Position numbers and translations under genes: made by a program. From Trichosphaerium sp. ATCC 40318 (Eukaryota > Protista > Tubulinea): a DNA stretch of 64,000 bases. Under the pieces are notes generated by a model that did no database searches, had not been told where the DNA came from, and saw only the letters and a program-made list of their open reading frames with translations. Where the stretch lies: assembly GCA_038496445.1 (NCBI GenBank), contig JALMLS010000385.1, forward strand, positions 62,001 to 126,000, read 5' to 3'. Shown here piece by piece: positions 62,806-64,000 of this stretch. Within the stretch, counting starts at the first letter, position 1. Each line of letters starts with the position of its first letter.

Positions 62806-64000
62806 ATGCATCGTGCTCTTAATACATATCAAGATGAAGGACACGTGCGTTTTGGAGAAGAATCTTTCCAAACCGTCAGTATAGACAGATTAGCAATGTC
62901 TTCGGACTTTCGAGACGGTCCTACGCCACCAGGTATATCTGAAGAACAGAGACGCGTCGAAGAAGCAAGGATTAAAACAGAAAAACTACAAAAAAAGCTG
63001 GCTTCTGTTGCTCGTCAATTACAAGAGGTTTGTGGCTTGTTATCAAGGAGTTTTTTGTTCAACGTTAGCTAATGATGTTTCCAAAGAGCGAAGATCAGTA
63101 CAAACAAGTGGAGGCTCAATATTCCGCTACTGTAGGTAGAAAGAGCATGCTTCGTAGTTCATCAAGTCCACATATAAGCCGTAAAGCTAGAAGACGTAGT
63201 TTATCAGCGGCAGTAAGACCAAAGGCCATACGAAGTAATATACCTGATTTCAGGCGTCGTTATGATCCAACAAATACGGCACCGCCTAATGCTATTAGTA
63301 CACCGCCTGTACGACGCCATTCTGCTTTCTATAACCGACAAAAAACTAAACGACCAAAAAAAAACCAAAAAAACCTCAACTTCTTTTCGTAACACGTGAT
63401 TAGGTCCCTCAATACGTTGATATCCAAGAAATACCTCCTCCTGTTTCTATACCATCTGATAACTATGAACCCGATTATTTACGCACTGGTATCGTAACAC
63501 TAAATATGCCACCGCCTCCACCACCGGTAAAACCTAAAAATAATCTTTTATGTTTGTTTTTGGGATTAATTTTTAAAATGGCGTCTCACACTTGTGTTAG
63601 GTTTTTAGATCGCCTTCTCTAGACGCTCTTAAAGATGAAGTAAAACACCACAGTAGCTATGGTAATATCCATATTGGTTATCCTCCCCCACGTGCACTTC
63701 AGGTACATTTGTAGAAAAAAACCCATTTATTAAAGATTGTCGCTTACCTCCAGAGCTCTAGTCAAATCTTCCTCCTGATAGGAATCTATACAGCTCTCCA
63801 ACAGAGATGAGTAGTAATCCAGACGAATTTAGAGGCAAAAGAGACTCAAAGGTGAATAATAACGAGAATAACCTCAACGTCATTCATTGACCTTTTTTTG
63901 TTTTTTAGCGAAATACTGTAGCACTCTCTGAATTGAGGAACAGGCGATATACCGTTAGTAATGCGCCTAAAGCAATATCGTATCAAACAATATCCCCTCC
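62806..64000 (+). CDS. Pro/Arg/Ser-rich multi-exon hypothetical protein; runs off the right edge
   Basis: ORFs 62782-63072 and 63072-63392 plus further exons with PPPPPP and RRRSLS; short GT-AG introns. Confidence 0.55.

Noticed and set aside
1-64000. Alternative genetic code or stop-codon read-through to explain fragmented ORFs
   Set aside because: Stops are removed by ordinary short introns; conserved genes (NOX, Ras, tectonins) translate cleanly in the standard code.
1-64000. tRNA or rRNA genes
   Set aside because: No cloverleaf with A/B boxes or rRNA-like conserved tract recognised by eye; tRNAscan-SE/Infernal would be needed to exclude them.

Overview
AT-rich (~1/3 GC), gene-dense eukaryotic DNA with many short GT-AG introns (often GTACGT/GTAAGT donors), so most listed ORFs are exon fragments. 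The gene set points to a free-living amoeboid protist, probably Amoebozoa (inference): NADPH oxidase, family-C/Grl-type GPCR, Frizzled/Smoothened-like receptor, tectonin lectins, DH-PH RhoGEF and several Ras/Rho GTPases. I reconstructed about 25 genes or pseudogenes by manual splicing; exon boundaries are hand-derived and unverified. Main observations: (1) an apparently intact F-box/Ras fusion with a probable N-myristoylation signal and degenerate nucleotide-binding motifs, one of six F-box genes in the window; (2) roughly 10-fold over-representation of CACGTG, mostly in introns and intergenic DNA, overlapping two of three inferred GC-AG splice donors; (3) four tectonin genes in alternating orientation with signs of gene conversion; (4) a NOX with tandem class-I SH3-ligand motifs in its N-terminal extension; (5) a piggyBac-like remnant carrying PHD and SAP domains, plus MITE-like fold-back elements. 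No rRNA, tRNA or CRISPR array was recognised.
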